Counted from the whole stretch's first letter, positions 1-13,938 are shown. The stretch is 63,291 nt of DNA, filler included, from Choristocarpus tenellus KU-1152 (GCA_964200185.2; 12 parts of 12 records of this genome joined end to end with filler, not necessarily neighbours in it); one strand, 5' to 3'. The notes: generated by a model from the sequence alone, not told the origin. Numbers and translations are program-made.

Positions 1-12
1 GTGGAGGGGGGT

Positions 13-43
<31 letters not shown>

Positions 44-132
44 GGGGGGGGTATGAAGGCAAGAGGGTGATATGATAGACTTTGTTCTAGGTGTGACCTT
101 TTGTTTTTTGAAGTGTATATTTTTCATGTTTT

Positions 133-1110
133 GGAGATAGTTTAAAACACACTGGTAGAACAACTTCCCGGGATTCAACTTCCAAGGTGTGCAAAGCCCT
201 GCAAGGTGTTGGAGTTCCTATTTTGAGCTCTATTTTGAGCTTGGGAGATCTGCCATCCACGCGTCCTGTCGGGACTCCGGACACGCCTGCACAGATCGTA
301 CGTAGTACTGGCAGTGCATTAGAAGTTTTGAGAAGAGGCCTCCTTGCGTTTTGTCGGGTGGTTTGCAATGAATGCCCTTACCACCTTTAAACCCCGCTGG
401 CCAACTGTTTGTTGGCCAGCGGGGGAAAAAAAAATGGATGTATTGGGCATTGTTTGTGTTGGGACTTGATCTTGGATCGCGAAATGAGGAGGAAGGCTTC
501 AAACCATCCGCTTGCTTGGCTAGGGTGCAAAATTTTGTGGGCAACGTTGTTTTCTCGTCGAGGGTTAGGGTTAGGGTTGTATTGTTCTGGTCGCAAGTGA
601 ATGGCTTGAGGTCATTGTTGATTGAATTGTTTTGACTTACAGAGACGCTTGCTGGCAACTGCGTCTTGGTGGGAGTTGGTAGTACCACAAGCGTTTTCGT
701 TGGGAACTGAGGGTTATGGTTAATGGGAGGGTTTTGTGGGAGCGATGCAAGATAGGCAATGTTGTCGGAAGGATGGATCCAACAAAGGGTTAGGGTTAGG
801 ACTACCTGCTGTTTGCGCTGTGTGGTGGTAGGATGGATACAAAGGCCTGCTGATGTGAATGAAGATGTAAGCCCAAGGGTGGTTGATATTTGGAGTGATA
901 TATGGAGTGATATTTGGAGTGATACATGGAGTGATATTTGGAGTGATATTTGGAGTGTGGTTGAAATTCTTCGATGGATCAAAGCGATAGCCCCAACAAG
1001 GAGGCTCCTTGACCCCAGGCAAGAGTACGGGTGGATGGATTTTTGCTATTCACTGGTGACTTACTTGCTTGGTTCTCGTTGGATGGGCAGGCGTGTGTGT
1101 GACTCTCGAC

Positions 1111-1154
<44 letters not shown>

Positions 1155-4100
1155 ATAAAAAAGTGGGTTGAGGCGAAAGGAGGGGGGGGGGGCCCCCGGG
1201 GGGCCCTCATGTTNNNNNNNNNNGGGGGGGGGGGGGGGGGGGGTGGGGCATAGATACAAAGTTGCTTGAGACTACAGAGCTTGGATGATGCACCCAGTGT
1301 GACCTACTGATTTGAAAGTGTGATTAGTTTCATCAAGAACTACCATAAATATGTTGTGGTAAGAAACCAGAGACCCTCTACAGTGCTGTGGAGCACTTGT
1401 GGATCCTCCTGATCCTTCCGCTTGAGTGAGAACTGTATTTGTGAATGGTTCCGTTACTGTTGAAATTTTTAAATTGAAGTGGGATTCATTTTAAAACAAT
1501 GCCTATATATGCTTTGGGGCGGGCTGCTTAATCATAGCCTAATCCAGGGAATTTCTCGGTTCTGCCGGCTAGGAAGTCATCGAAAGTTTTGCAGTACTAC
1601 AAGAGGTATACCCTTTTTCCACGTGGTTCTTAAGTTTACTGGCAATGGTATAATTGATTTGAAATTGTACCATCAATATTTTGTTGTCTAGTCACACTGA
1701 ATTGTACCATCATTAGTTCGTTGTGTAATCAAACTGTGCCACTGACAAAACGTTTGGTATTATTTTTATTTACCCTATTTTAGATTGCTGGATCCTGGCT
1801 CTCAATTGAAAAGGTTGTAGTAATGTGCAATATTTAGTGCTGTTTTTTTTTTGCAATCCATCTTTCGTAGGAAATTTCCGTGTTGGATCCAAACACGATG
1901 TGCAAAGAGCCATCCTGTGTCAAGATAGTAGCAACTATCAGTTTGATACGATAGTTTGTTGCAGTACTATATACCCCTCGTTATGAGGTTGCCTGATGAT
2001 GGAATGTGACGCGTTTGATGATATTGCGTTGTTGTTTTATCTTCCTCTCTGATACAGATACCCGAGGTAAAAGAAAATGGAGGTGACATGTATCCATCCC
2101 CCCCCTGATATCCCCTCTGATATCCCCTCTGATATGTGTGCACATGTTCTTCCCCTACGTCACCCTTTCCTTGTACGCTGTGTGCGTGGTCTCTCTTGAA
2201 GTAATGGGACAGATATGGATGGACTGATGTCGAAACTGTTCTGTGCAGCGGTGTACCAAAAGAGTCTTGGTCTGCTCATGGGGGAGTCCACTGCCCCCCT
2301 CGCCCACACACTCCGATCACAGCTAGACAACCTTAGGGTTAGGGTGAGCATCCCTCGCCTTTTAGGGTTGGAAAGGACAGGAATATCTAGTTGGGGGAAG
2401 GGCAAAGGGGAAGAGGATGCTGGGTATTCACCTGTGTAGAAATTTGCTTGGAGAATAGAGTCTCGCCAAGTTCTCTACTGTAGGAGTTGGGATTTTTTTT
2501 GCTGTGATGATTTTTTAAGGGAACCAGATTTTTTTTTAGGTGAGGACTGCTCCAGGATTATTCTTTCACGATGCTCGACGGATCAGGCGTTAGTGCTCAG
2601 TCTAGCTACCAGTGTGACACTGGTGGGGGTGGGAGATGATGCAAAAAAGTGTCAAGTTTGCTATAGCTCTCTGGGTGCAGTTCCGCCTGCTTGATCAATG
2701 CCGCAAAGCTTGGACAATCGGCGCATCTGTACATTCACCTTTGTTTCCTCCTCCTCCTCCTCCTCCTCCTCCTCCCCCCCATGATTCCCTAAATCCCCCC
2801 ATTATTTGATCCTTCGCTATACTTGTGTGGTTAGGGTTAGGGTTAGGGTTAGGGTTTGATGCTTTTTTTTCACTGCCTGATCTCTCTCCCGTCTTCATCT
2901 TCATTGGTGTGTACAATCAGTCCCATGTGATCGTACAATCAGTACATCCAGTACGCCTTTACGCCTTTTTGAAAAACCTATATGCAGAACCCTGTGCCTC
3001 CACTCCCATGTGATCCTTCTAGATCTATATGTTTTTTTTCAGTCCTTTTGTACACCTAGACGATCCCCTAATCTTGTAAAAAACTTTTGTTTTTATTTTT
3101 GTTACTTGATTCTTCTTTTTTTGTTTTGCTGTGATTTGACCCGTACATGTGTTGATGATGTGATTTGACCCGTCTGGTGTGGGTAGGAGTCTGTCCTGAA
3201 GCAGGAGTGTGATGCCTTGCGGAAGCAGCTCTCTCCCTCTCAAGTGGACAAGGCTACAAAGATGATATCGGAGAGGTTGCCAGCTGCACGGTCTGCCAAC
3301 TCAGCCTTTCAGGTGTATTTTTTAAAATAGAATTGTTTATCATCATTGTTTTTTGTAATTATTATCATTGTTGCCTTGGAATTAGTTTAGTGTCATCTCG
3401 TGATTTTTTTTTTGCTACAGAACCTGAAAAGGTACTACGATATTACTGGGAAGTCCTGTCCATACCTGAATCAGGCTCATCTATGGCGTGGAGTAGAGGG
3501 TATAGGATGAGGGCCATAGCAGTACACAATAGTTGGAGTGGGTTTGTGATACGGAACTCTCTCATCACCTCTTTGATATTTAGCTGGAATTGTGATTTTA
3601 TCAGGGGAAAGTATAGTATCAGGTAATTCGTAGTCCCTTTTTTGATTCCATTTTATTCCTCAAGTCGAGTGATTCATGAAGGGTGGGGGGGGGTCCGTGA
3701 GAAACACTTGACATGGAAGGCATATGAATTCAACTTCCTGAAAAAAAGTAAAAAGGACGGAGAGAAGTAACTGCTGTTGGAGCCAAAGTGTCTTTTAGAG
3801 GGTAGAGGCGCATCCATTTGGACCCAAGATCCAATGCTGCGATTTTGATGTAATTAGGACTATCATGTTTGTTCAGAAGTGTCAATATCCCTCTTCCGGA
3901 CTCGTCTTTTCACAACGCATACATTTTACCAACTCCAAAACATCTCCGAGTAGGTCAAATGTCACAACAACAACAAAAAACTCCATGGGAAGCCCTGACC
4001 AGCGCAATAATGGACAAACAGGGCAAAACTTGTCCATAGCCTTCTAAGATGCTCTCACTGGTCAGGGCTCTCAACCAGAAACCCTCCTGTCCCTTTGTCC

Positions 4101-5530
4101 TCTTCATTATCTCCTTTTTGTGCATATGCCATTTTTGGGGGGATGCCAACCCAGTCTGAGGGCGAAGTTGCTGCTCCCCGTTTAGATGCACTGAAGTTTG
4201 CAAGGGTGGGGTGTCATCTTATTCGAAGAGGATCTATCCGCAACACACACATGATTTTCAGGGTTTACAGAGACTATCCAGATCTCTACCCGCCTTCACC
4301 TCCGTCGGCAACTCCAAAATCGAGTCATTGGGAGGAGGCATCAGGGGGGGGAGGGGGGACACAGGGGCTGGGTTGTGGGTCAGGCTTGGGTGTTGATCGA
4401 GGTGGGGCAGGGCAGTGGGTGCTTGAAGTGGGGAGTCAGCGAATGACTCTCAAAGGTTTATCAGGCAGGCCAGGCAATGACTTGTTTGGGTTGGTGTTCG
4501 ATACTGTTGAGGAGGGCTGTTTGGAGGCGTTTTGTCGGGGTTCGGATGAGTTTAACATGTGGATGGGGGTCGCATCAGCCATATTCCCTGTCCCGTGAGT
4601 GAAGTACTGATGGTGTGCGCCCCTGGAGGAGGATGTGACTGAGATGTCTTTCACCGCCTCCTTTTTTTTTGTTTTTGTTTTCTGTTCGTGTAGGGTTAGG
4701 GATGTACAGAGTGTACTTAAGATTGTTAGTGCAGGTACAGGCAAGGGTATGTATGGTATAACATTCATGAGGTGAGTTTTATCAATGGCAAGAATTTTAT
4801 TTTTTGCGGGTCTTGTTCATTTGTGAATGTGATGCATTTGTGAATGTGATGAAGCTTTACTGGTGCAGATGTTTCTCAAGTTGACCGATTTGTCAGTGTT
4901 TACTTTGTGCAAATGAGTGGCAAGAGAGGGAATAGGTGAACAGGGAGGTTGTGGGGGTATTGCTGAGGGTGGTGTGGTGGCAGGTTCGTTCAGCACCGAG
5001 TTCTTAAATATTACGCATTGAGCATGCAAGTTGACACCTGTATTGTATCCACAGAAGTGGAACATACACGCATGACGAGAAAAACAGACCAGGAGATATA
5101 CGGTCACAGCATCGAAAAACCGACGTATGCAATCAATGCTCCTGACTTTCTGACCCCTCTACGAGGAAATGAAGTTGTGCAGGAGGCATGTTGGAGAGAG
5201 AGTGATTCTTGGTAAATATTGGCATCTCCCCTCAAACAAACGCCACAGAGGGATCCTTCACGATTGCAAAGTCAAAACCCGAAAGAGTATTTCAACTGCT
5301 TTTTTTGTACACTACTACTATGTATAATTTTATTTTTTATTTTTTTATCTTGAGGGTTATGACACAACCTGCAGAGTGCACAGATCCTCTGTATCTCAAG
5401 AATCCTTTATCTTGTGGCAGCAAGTGCAGTTTCTATCCCTCTCCCTTTGTACCCAACTCCTCCTCAGGTGTTGGATGAAGTGGTTGCCATCATCAGTAAG
5501 ATGCGGCATCCACATATGAGGCAGTACAGG
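133..5530 (+). CDS. Putative fragment of a many-small-exon gene, product unidentified
   Basis: Series of AG/GT-bounded open segments: 3187-3312 (ESVLKQECDALRKQLSPSQVDKATKMISERLPAARSANSAFQ), 4155-4205 (SEGEVAAPRLDALKFAR), 4694-4771 (VRDVQSVLKIVSAGTGKGMYGITFM), 5468-5530 (VLDEVVAIISKMRHPHMRQYR). Further candidates near 133, 1020, 2215, 2540 and 2681. The full exon chain is not resolved. Confidence 0.4.
885..957 (+). repeat. 12-bp tandem repeat (GATATTTGGAGT) x6
   Basis: Directly visible. It produces the DIWS/LQIS pseudo-ORFs. Confidence 0.9.
2830..2855 (+). repeat. Interstitial telomere-like (TTAGGG)n tract
   Basis: GTTAGGGTTAGGGTTAGGGTTAGGG. Similar short tracts near 562, 787, 2332, 6470, 33849, 34287, 34476, 34816, 35528, 36115, 36278 and 53033. 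Confidence 0.9.
3780..4060 (+). mobile_element. MITE family A, diverged copy
   Basis: Colinear with the 57459-57716 and 43322-43579 copies; TIRs degenerate. Confidence 0.75.
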
Positions 5531-5588
5531 GTTGGGTGGGTGTGAATCCTATCTACTATAGCCAGCCCCCCCTCCCTGCCAACACAGG

Positions 5589-5688
5589 NNNNNNNNNNNN
5601 NNNNNNNNNNNNNNNNNNNNNNNNNNNNNNNNTTAATTAATTAANNNNNNNNNNNNNNNNNNNNNNNNNNNNNNNNNNNNNNNNNNNN
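5589..5688. other. Artificial contig-joining spacer (first of 11)
   Basis: 44 N + TTAATTAATTAA (stops in all six frames) + 44 N. Repeated at 10382-10481, 18517-18616, 23951-24050, 32583-32682, 36557-36656, 42612-42711, 46896-46995, 49938-50037, 54830-54929 and 59827-59926. Confidence 0.99.
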
Positions 5689-6838
5689 ACCCTGAAACCT
5701 AGTGGTAGGAAAAATTTCTACTGGTTAACATAAAATCTGTGGAATTGTTGAACACCCATGTCAGAAAGCCAGTGGTACTCTTTACGTCCCCTTTTTTTCA
5801 GTGCCCCTTCATGTTCAATATTCTTGTAATACGAGATACAGAGAGTATCCTAAATTTGTTGATGAAGCAATAACAATATGAACACAGCCTGACACTAAGC
5901 TTTTCAAATTTGGTTATATTTTGTTAATGTTGCACTACATCAAATCCACGCCTTAACTCTACCCCACACAAGGTTTTTCACAAGTGGTATGTTCAAAAAA
6001 TTCCATTTCTATGCTGATCATATGTATTCTAGGAACTTTATTTTTTGTGTTACATTAAAATATTAAGAATGGATACAGGTTCACGGATGAGATCTACCGT
6101 CAAGATGAGCCAGTTGTACCATTTTTATCTTATCTCTTTTTTCTTTTATTTAAAGCTTGTACCATGATTTTTTTATTTCAATACATACCAATCATTCAAC
6201 CACAAATTTGTAATTTTACTAAATGAGATGGGTGAAAGGTTAGAACTAACTTCAGTTACATCGTTCCCCTGACTGCTTTCTATACCCACCCTATTTGAAT
6301 TATCTTGAAAGTACCTGATGTCCATAACATGATTGAACACAATATCAAGGAACAAGAGGAAACCGATGATAAAGATATTATTTTACACACTATTCTCTAA
6401 CAGTACAAGAATGTGGATCACAGATTCAAAACAACAAAAAGTTTATTTTTGTTGTCCCCAAACTAACCAACCCTAACCCTACTGAACTACCTATCCTCAT
6501 CAGTTTTTATGAGATGGATGTTCTGCCATAAATTGAAAAAGGTCTGCTCTCTGTCCTTGTTATTTGATAAAATTTATAGTAAACAACAGTTACGGTACAG
6601 CCTTGACACCATCACATGACAACTCTACCCTAATTTTACCTTCCTTTTAAGATCCGTATATTCTTTTTAACAGTCTAACATGACAAGACTATGGTACAGC
6701 ACTTTATTTTTATAGTTTTTTACAATAACTACCATGGTCCACCTAAATTTTTGATGTAGTAATAGTGTTCCTATAGGGTTACCACATAAGCATTGGTTTG
6801 TCCATGAGAAATCTAACACAGGGAGTATATGCAATCAG

Positions 6839-6910
6839 GTCCTATACCGGTGGAGCTTGGTTTCCTCAGTGCACTCACATATATCGACCTCCGCAACAAC
6901 CAGCTCTCTG
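6839..6910 (+). CDS. Single 72-nt leucine-rich-repeat exon
   Basis: cag|GTCCTATACCG...CAGCTCTCTG|gtgagt, phase 1-1. Encodes GPIPVELGFLSALTYIDLRNNQLSG, a plant-type 24-aa LRR consensus. Confidence 0.85.
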
Positions 6911-7507
6911 GTGAGTATTTTGTAGCTTGATAATCTGCATATGGTAGAGAGAAAGATGTGTGTTGAACACAAAGCTCATGTAGGATACTAGGTTGATCCT
7001 CTTGTAGATGTGAACATTCACAAAGATTTTAAGCGGCCCTTCTGAGTTGGTATCTGTAAGTTGTAGAATTTTTTATTGTGTTGTTTGTATCGTGAGGTCA
7101 TTGTTATGACTTGTTCAACTTCAGGTGCCAAATATGTGGTCTAAAGATACTAGTAGGTATTGGTATGTTTATTGTGTGTGATATTTCTACTAATCATGAG
7201 ATACCCTCTTGCACCATGTATTATTATACGAGCCATTTCCATCAAAATTATATCTCCGTGAAAAACATTTGACCTTAAAGATGGAGAGAAAAGGAGCTGT
7301 TTTTTTATGGTTTTGTATTCTAGGCCAGAACTGCATTAAGTTGCCAGAACTTTGTTGCTTATCCGGAAGTTGATATTGTTTGAATCTTTGACCTACACCT
7401 ACATCGAAATGTGTTGATTTTGATTGAATGTATCTTAGATTTTATTTTGCCTTTTTGATTTATGAATCTTGAAATTTCACTCGTTGTTGTTGTTTGTGAT
7501 TTTGCAG

Positions 7508-10377
7508 GGAAGGCTCTCACTCTTAGTGGTGAAGCATTGGATCAATGGAGGGACCAGCTCAAACAGAAGGTACAGCTTATGCAGGTGGATCGATGGAGGG
7601 ACCTCCAACAGAGGATACGGCCTAAGCAGGGGTCACAGCACCAGCAGGAGTCACACCTTAATAAATTGTCACTCGTGAATAATTGCTTGGAGATGTGTGC
7701 TGAAGTTGAGAGACTCTTGCATGTTTGCGCATCAACTAATGTGCAAACCTCTGTGGAGAAGATGACCACATTGATGACTGGAGTTTCTGGATTGGAATAG
7801 ATAAAAATGTGAGTGAAATACTTGCTTTTGAGTAGGTGTGTTTATTGTTAAAGAGTAGATTGAGATATGATGGTACCACAGTGTGATGGAGTAAGGTAGA
7901 TCGATGCAAATATTGGCACAAGAATATTCTTAATGTTTTCTTTTCTGAAATCAGGTAAAGTTTTTAGCTTCCATTATTCATACTTTGGTATAGTGAGTTG
8001 AAGCTTGTGTTTGGTTATTCCTTCCTCAAATACCTTGTTGATCTGATGGTGGATTTTTGATGTAACGATTTGGTATTGAGATGGAACTTCACTTGTAAAT
8101 TTCGAGCCATCATGTGTGTATTCCTATGTATTTTTTGTGAAGGTTGTTGGTATGTTCTTGCAATCCATCTTTTATCATCCGTACCCGAAACAGGTGTGTT
8201 GCTTTGGGTAGACCAAGGATCCTTTCATGAATGAATACAAAGTTATTTATTGGAGGCCCACTAATTTGTCATGTTTAAGTGATCTTGTAGCCGGAGGCTG
8301 CTTTGGGTCAGGCCAGACTGTTAGAATATTTCAGATTGAATAAGCCTGCTGGTACTTGATTTATTATGAGCAAGAGCAGTCTGTGATTGAAGGTAAGAAG
8401 CGAATGTTAATACCTTTTTTGTGAATGGATTTGGTTGATATGGATACATCAAACCGATTAAATTAACTATTCACTCGTTAAAGTCCACAACTGTAACCAA
8501 CTGTTGGCAACTACCTTCTTTGAATAATCAACCTTTTCATTTGAAAAATGTTTTCTTTGTCTTTTGTCATACAGACGGTTGTCATTCAGACTAGGGAAAC
8601 TTCCTTGTCGATGAAGAAGCTAACAGACCTGAGGCATCGCCTCAACATGTTTCTTGAGGTGAGGTTTCTTAGGCTTTGATGGTAGGATCGTTACTAGAGC
8701 CCTCTTCTAGTCTATAGTTATTGTAAACCTAACCATAAGATGTATTGCCAGGGTTGTGACGACATTTTCTGCTGTGTCGATGATACCTGTGTGACTGTTT
8801 GAGATAACTATGCCACCAGCCCTGTTCCTCTCCCTTCCTATCCACTTCAAATGGGATTGATATGATTGATGTTCAGCTTCTAGGTACTGGATGAGTTCAT
8901 TACCTGCTTTGTTGGATAACGTTTTGCTATTTGTAATTGCATGCAGAAATGTTCTTAAATTTATATCCCTTGCTAAGAAAACTCGTAACATTTTCTACAG
9001 AGTTATACAACAGGTACCTATTTAATGTTTTGTGGAAAAGATATTGCCTAAGCCTGTGCAGTTCATAATGGTTAAGACTTGTAAGAATCTCAGTTGGGAT
9101 TGCAAGAATACTCAACGTTCTATTATGTGTTGAGGCTGCACATTTTGGGGGGGGCTCTCTCTAGACCTGTTACTGGATATGTACAAAAAGATGGTTGTAG
9201 ATTTGCATCATGAACAGAGCACATAAGTTCAAGGTTTGTTCTCAAAGCTATTATTGAAGAACTTCTTTAGGATAGGTGCAGGCCAGGACCTGGTCTGTCT
9301 TGGGTCCTCAACATTGAGGTACCTCTTCCATTTTGTTTTTGAAGGGAGTTTTTATTTTTCATTGCCAAAGGTCTTGTAGAGAGTTTTTTTTGTAGTGTTT
9401 ATTTATCTTGGCTGTGTAATCTTCACATTTTGTGGAGAAGTTTTACGGTAATATTAGCTCTACTAAGTAGAACAAAATTTACTTTTTTTACTATCATTTT
9501 TATTATTATCTCTCTTTTTTTTCTTAGTGTATTTTTGAATGTGATGCACTCTCTTTATATATGGTGCAAGTGGTTGCTTCAATATCAGTGAGGCATTTAT
9601 GATGTTGGTGGTGACGGGTAAATATTGGTTTCAGTTTAGTAAAATATTTATGATGTTGGCGATACGGTATGAATAAGAAGGAACAGTTCGTGTGTAACAT
9701 TTGAAATTGTGACACCATTTTGGTGTAACTACGTAATGCTATACAGCAGTGGTGACTTGTGTTCCTTTCTTTTTGAAGAGTTCCCTTCAATCTTGAATAT
9801 CTCAGCTGCCTGCTTCGCTGTATTCTTCCATTTTTGTACAGTGGGGTGTGTGCAGTGCATTACCCCTTTTCCCCATTTATAATTTTGTAGTACTCAAGTA
9901 TAGAGTGGAGTACATATACCATATATATTCAAAATTCAATATGAGGTGATTGGGGTTTGTGTAGTGTATTCCGATGTTGAAGAGGCTTGTAGCATGTTGG
10001 TGTAGTTATTCCTGCTTTGTTTTGTTTGTCTAAGTGTGAAATACCTCTATCTAATTGTGATGCCTTTGCGAATGAGAGGATCACTAGGTATTAGTTACAG
10101 CTTTAATATTTAATAGCACGATATTTTAGTGCCAGTAGAAGCCTTATATTATAATAGTGTGGTGATGGCTTGTTCTAGTTTATGATTGCCTAAGACTGTA
10201 AGTTCTGGTTACCTTGCACCATCTCGTCTTAGCTTTCCTGACCCTTGTGCCTTGCAGTTGTCTCAATACTACCACAGGACTGGCAAATGGGATAATATGG
10301 AGAGATCCAACCTGTGGTCATTGAGGCTTCGTCAAGTAGAATCTGCTGCTGAGAGTATTGTTCATCGACTTGAGGAG
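7508..10377 (+). pseudogene. Exon-like segments downstream of the LRR exon, partly decayed
   Basis: Acceptor at 7507 is in phase with the LRR exon (GKALTLSGEALDQWRDQLKQK...). Clean exon-like units at 8575-8658 and 10258-10377. Splice-bounded units at 8291-8392 and about 9165-9318 contain in-frame stops. Confidence 0.4.
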
Positions 10378-10481
10378 GTGGNNNNNNNNNNNNNNNNNNN
10401 NNNNNNNNNNNNNNNNNNNNNNNNNTTAATTAATTAANNNNNNNNNNNNNNNNNNNNNNNNNNNNNNNNNNNNNNNNNNNN

Positions 10482-11814
10482 ATGACCCGTCTAGTACTAC
10501 CGGGCATGGTGGAGAGAAAAAGGGGGGCAATTGTCAATTTTGCCTCAGGAGCAGCAATGATGCCCACAGCTCTTCTAGCTGGTTACGCGGGGGCAAAGGG
10601 CTTCATTGTGGTGAGTTCAACACCTTCATCCATGCTTTCCCCATTTTCCCTTTCCCCCTGTTACACTCTCCCATCTGTCTTTCTCCCACCCGGACTTGTT
10701 GTCCTCTAAACAATTCTAGAGAGTGATCTGTGAGATTTGTGATGGAGGTGTTGTCCCAATCCACTGCGCCATTGCCCAACCTGATGACAGTGAGTGCTGC
10801 AACCAAAGCAATACTGCTGTATTCCTAACTAAAACTCTTACCCAACGATGAACCAAACAAAGTGATGAAGTAGAATTTGTACTGCTAAGGGTGATTAGAG
10901 TAAAGCCCACAGCGTTGCACAATTGTGGTGGATGATTGATCTGGGTGTGTACCTGTGTGCATGTTGAGTCTGTGTCTACCTTCAGTGATATCTCATTGGT
11001 GTGTTATAAACTGTTAACTTAGTTGCTGCAACAGAACTCACTGGTGCCTGTGATGGTAGATGGGTCTCTGTAGACTCAAGTCCACTTTGTCCCTTCTTTG
11101 CTTGGGTGCAAGAGTGTTTTTTGTCCTAGGAGTATAAACACACAGCTAGATCTAATGTGTAGCTACTCTTTTTGGTGTGTTTGGTGCCTACACAGAACAA
11201 CATGCCACTGATGGGATACAGCTTTCATTAAATCAGTTTGGTCTCCCTATCCTTGGTCAATGACTTGTACACACTTATTATTATATTTTTATGCACGTGA
11301 AAACATTTTTTATTCTTGGCAGGCCATCAGGCAGTCCTGTGCTTATAGATGCAATTCCACTCTACTTTTTGCTATTTTGCTTGCCTGCCACTCGAGAGCT
11401 CTAGAGGAATAATATCTGTGTGAGGTTCAAGGTCACCCTCCCTTCCCCCCCCAACCCACTTCTTGTCACGCTTACCCCGCCGGCTCAAAGAAACTTTCTG
11501 AGTCTCTCAATATCGAGATGGCTCCTAAGGGCATCCATGTGCAGTGTCAGGTGCCTCTCATGGTTGCCACCAAGCTGGCCAAGGTCCGCAGGCCGTCATG
11601 GGACAAGCCTTCCCCTCGCTCTTACGCCAAAGCAGCTGTAAAGGCTATTGGCTATGGCCGTGTGGTATCACCGTACTGGTCCCACAAGCTGCAACTGTGG
11701 GTACTGGACACGGTGCCCTTCGCCACTCGGATAGTCTTCAACTTGCACAAGGGCTTGCGTGCCCGGGCTCTCAAGAAGCAGGAGGTGGCCAAGCAGGCTG
11801 CCAAGCAGGACTAA
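10482..11814 (+). CDS. Short-chain dehydrogenase/reductase, very-long-chain 3-oxoacyl-CoA reductase (KCR/HSD17B12-like), 3' part
   Basis: Exons 10482-10610 and 11491-11814 (GTGAGT...AAAG, phase 0). MTRLVLPGMVERKRGAIVN, catalytic YAGAK (YxxxK), then KGIHVQCQVPLMVATKL and PYWSHKLQ, typical of the KCR subfamily. 5' exons are off-contig. Confidence 0.9.
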
Positions 11815-13938
11815 GGGGCGAGGGGAGGCGAGGGGGAGGGAAGGGCAATGATCCGGTGGGGCAGTACAATGATGGCTAGCCCTGGGCGGTGGTGAGGTGG
11901 AGGGTACGGAGGGTGTTCCCATTCAAACATCCCTTTTTAGGTTATAAAGTGGCATGTACACTTTTGGTGTTCTTGGTGTAAATTTTCGTTTCGGTAGTAT
12001 GTATGTCCTGGACACCTGAATATTAAAGGATGCATTCAAGGCATTACTCCTTGCTGCCTATGCTTTTCTCAACACTGTGATCAGAGGTCAAGTCAGTTGT
12101 AGTGAGATCATGCGGTTTTTGCTGTGCTGAGAGGTGTCAGATGTGGTAGGTGCAGCAACAACATGGTGATAACATAGGAGGGGAGATGGAAGGTATTTTC
12201 AAGGTGGGATGGAAGGGTACCCCCCTCCTGAGATTAAAGATGCAACAATCTACCCACCTTCAACTGACAAGGATAACTATCTGAATTGAGAGCAAAAACT
12301 TGAGGTTGTTATTAGATTGGGTATATTTTCCCCTGATATGCAGCACTGGCAACAACACATGTACCGATCATTGTATCGCTTACGCTGCGGGTTCAATTCT
12401 CACAATCTCTGTATTTTGGGGGGGAAGAACAGTGTGTGTTTGACATGAAGGGACGGTATTTATTTTCCATCCCAGGTCGATATCCATCACAGGTTTTGTA
12501 GAAGGCATTTCCAGCTTCACCCCCTCCACCTGTTCAGGAAGGCTGTGGATGTGGAGGGGTACACAGGTTACGTAGGGGAGTATCTAAGTATCTAGTATCT
12601 TTCATCATTGATCGTGTTAGTGCATCAGGGGGGTAGCGGACTGCATTGCATAGAGAGACCGGAGAAGTGAGTGCTGGTGACTGCTGATGGATTGTGGTCG
12701 CAGCTTTTTGTTTTCTCTCAAGTTGGCAGTAAGCTTTCTGCATGAGTGATATAGGACCAGGACCCAAGGAATGAATTGGTTGACCTTGAGTATGAATTGA
12801 ATTGGCCTTGCCAAGAGTACACTAATAGACAACACGGGCAGGTGAAATGCTCAAGAGCTCATCGAATGCGAATGAAAACAAGGCTAGCAGATAAGGAAGC
12901 ACTATTTTGCAGGTCGATAGCCTCTTGTCACTACTATGTTTTAGTTTATATTCTCAACCCTAGCTCTAATACATCAGTATGGTATACCTCCTGTATCGCT
13001 CACAGCATCAGATAGGAGCAATGCTCCCACCTTGGGGTATGTTTGAACCCTACCGGCTGATCACAGCTGTTTTACTCTCTAGGAGTTGGAATTGTAGACA
13101 AGGTCACATTTTTCTTGACACAACTAAAAATTTAATGATATCTTTGAGCGTGAAAATATTTGATATATTTACGACTCTGCTTGGAGTGTATGTTAGGAGG
13201 AGACGCTGTTGTTGGATAGGAATCTTCGTTTTGATTAAATAAAAAAAATCTCTGGGGCCTGCAGTTTTGTTCCTTGAAATATTGTTCATTCATGTTAATA
13301 GGGAATTTTCGTTTTGATCATACAATACATGCCTGCAATCTGTTGGGGTTGGGGTTACTTTTTGTCAATGTACACCTCTCTAGTTCTGTGTAATGTCAGT
13401 GTTGTTGTACTGCTGAGTGGTTGTGGAAGGAGAGGCAACTCCAATTTGGTGAGGATGAGAATTCAGAGACAGCAGTATGTACATTTCCTGGAGTGGAAGG
13501 AAGTGAGGAGAGTGGAAAATATATATTGTCAGGGTGGGCGGTGGGTGAAGTGGCATTATCATTGTGTACAGAGACGGAATCAGTAGGGTATTTTTTTTGT
13601 TTCAGTACTCAATTTCTGTCAGCGTTTTATTTTCAGAAAGAATTTTGAACTGTACTTCTTTCAAGTCCAGCAGTGTATGCCCCGCTTGGCATTTCCTTGC
13701 AGATATTTATTAGGTGGGCAAGGTAATCTCGTTTGTTTTTCAATTGGGGAGGGATAGGTAACATGTTGGCGGTAATGCTCTTGGAACAACAAGGAGAGAG
13801 TACAACGTACCGTATGCCATGCATTCCTGCACAACAGTTACAAGAATCACTTGACACAGCTGCTCTTTTAGACTGCTCATAGCCCTATGATAGCGGTTTG
13901 TGGAAAGTTCAAGGGGCATACAAAGGATGTTCCTGAAC

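Noticed and set aside
230-1253. 250-aa and 164-aa ORFs with LQIS/DIWS repeats
   Set aside because: Products of a 12-bp tandem repeat, TTAGGG tracts and poly-G; no coherent protein.
5589-5688. TTAATTAATTAA palindrome recurring 11 times
   Set aside because: Always centred in 44N+44N; an artificial linker, not a biological repeat or CRISPR.
8707-9115. Overlapping minus-strand ORFs that look protein-like
   Set aside because: No recognisable motifs; more likely the antisense shadow of decayed plus-strand exons.
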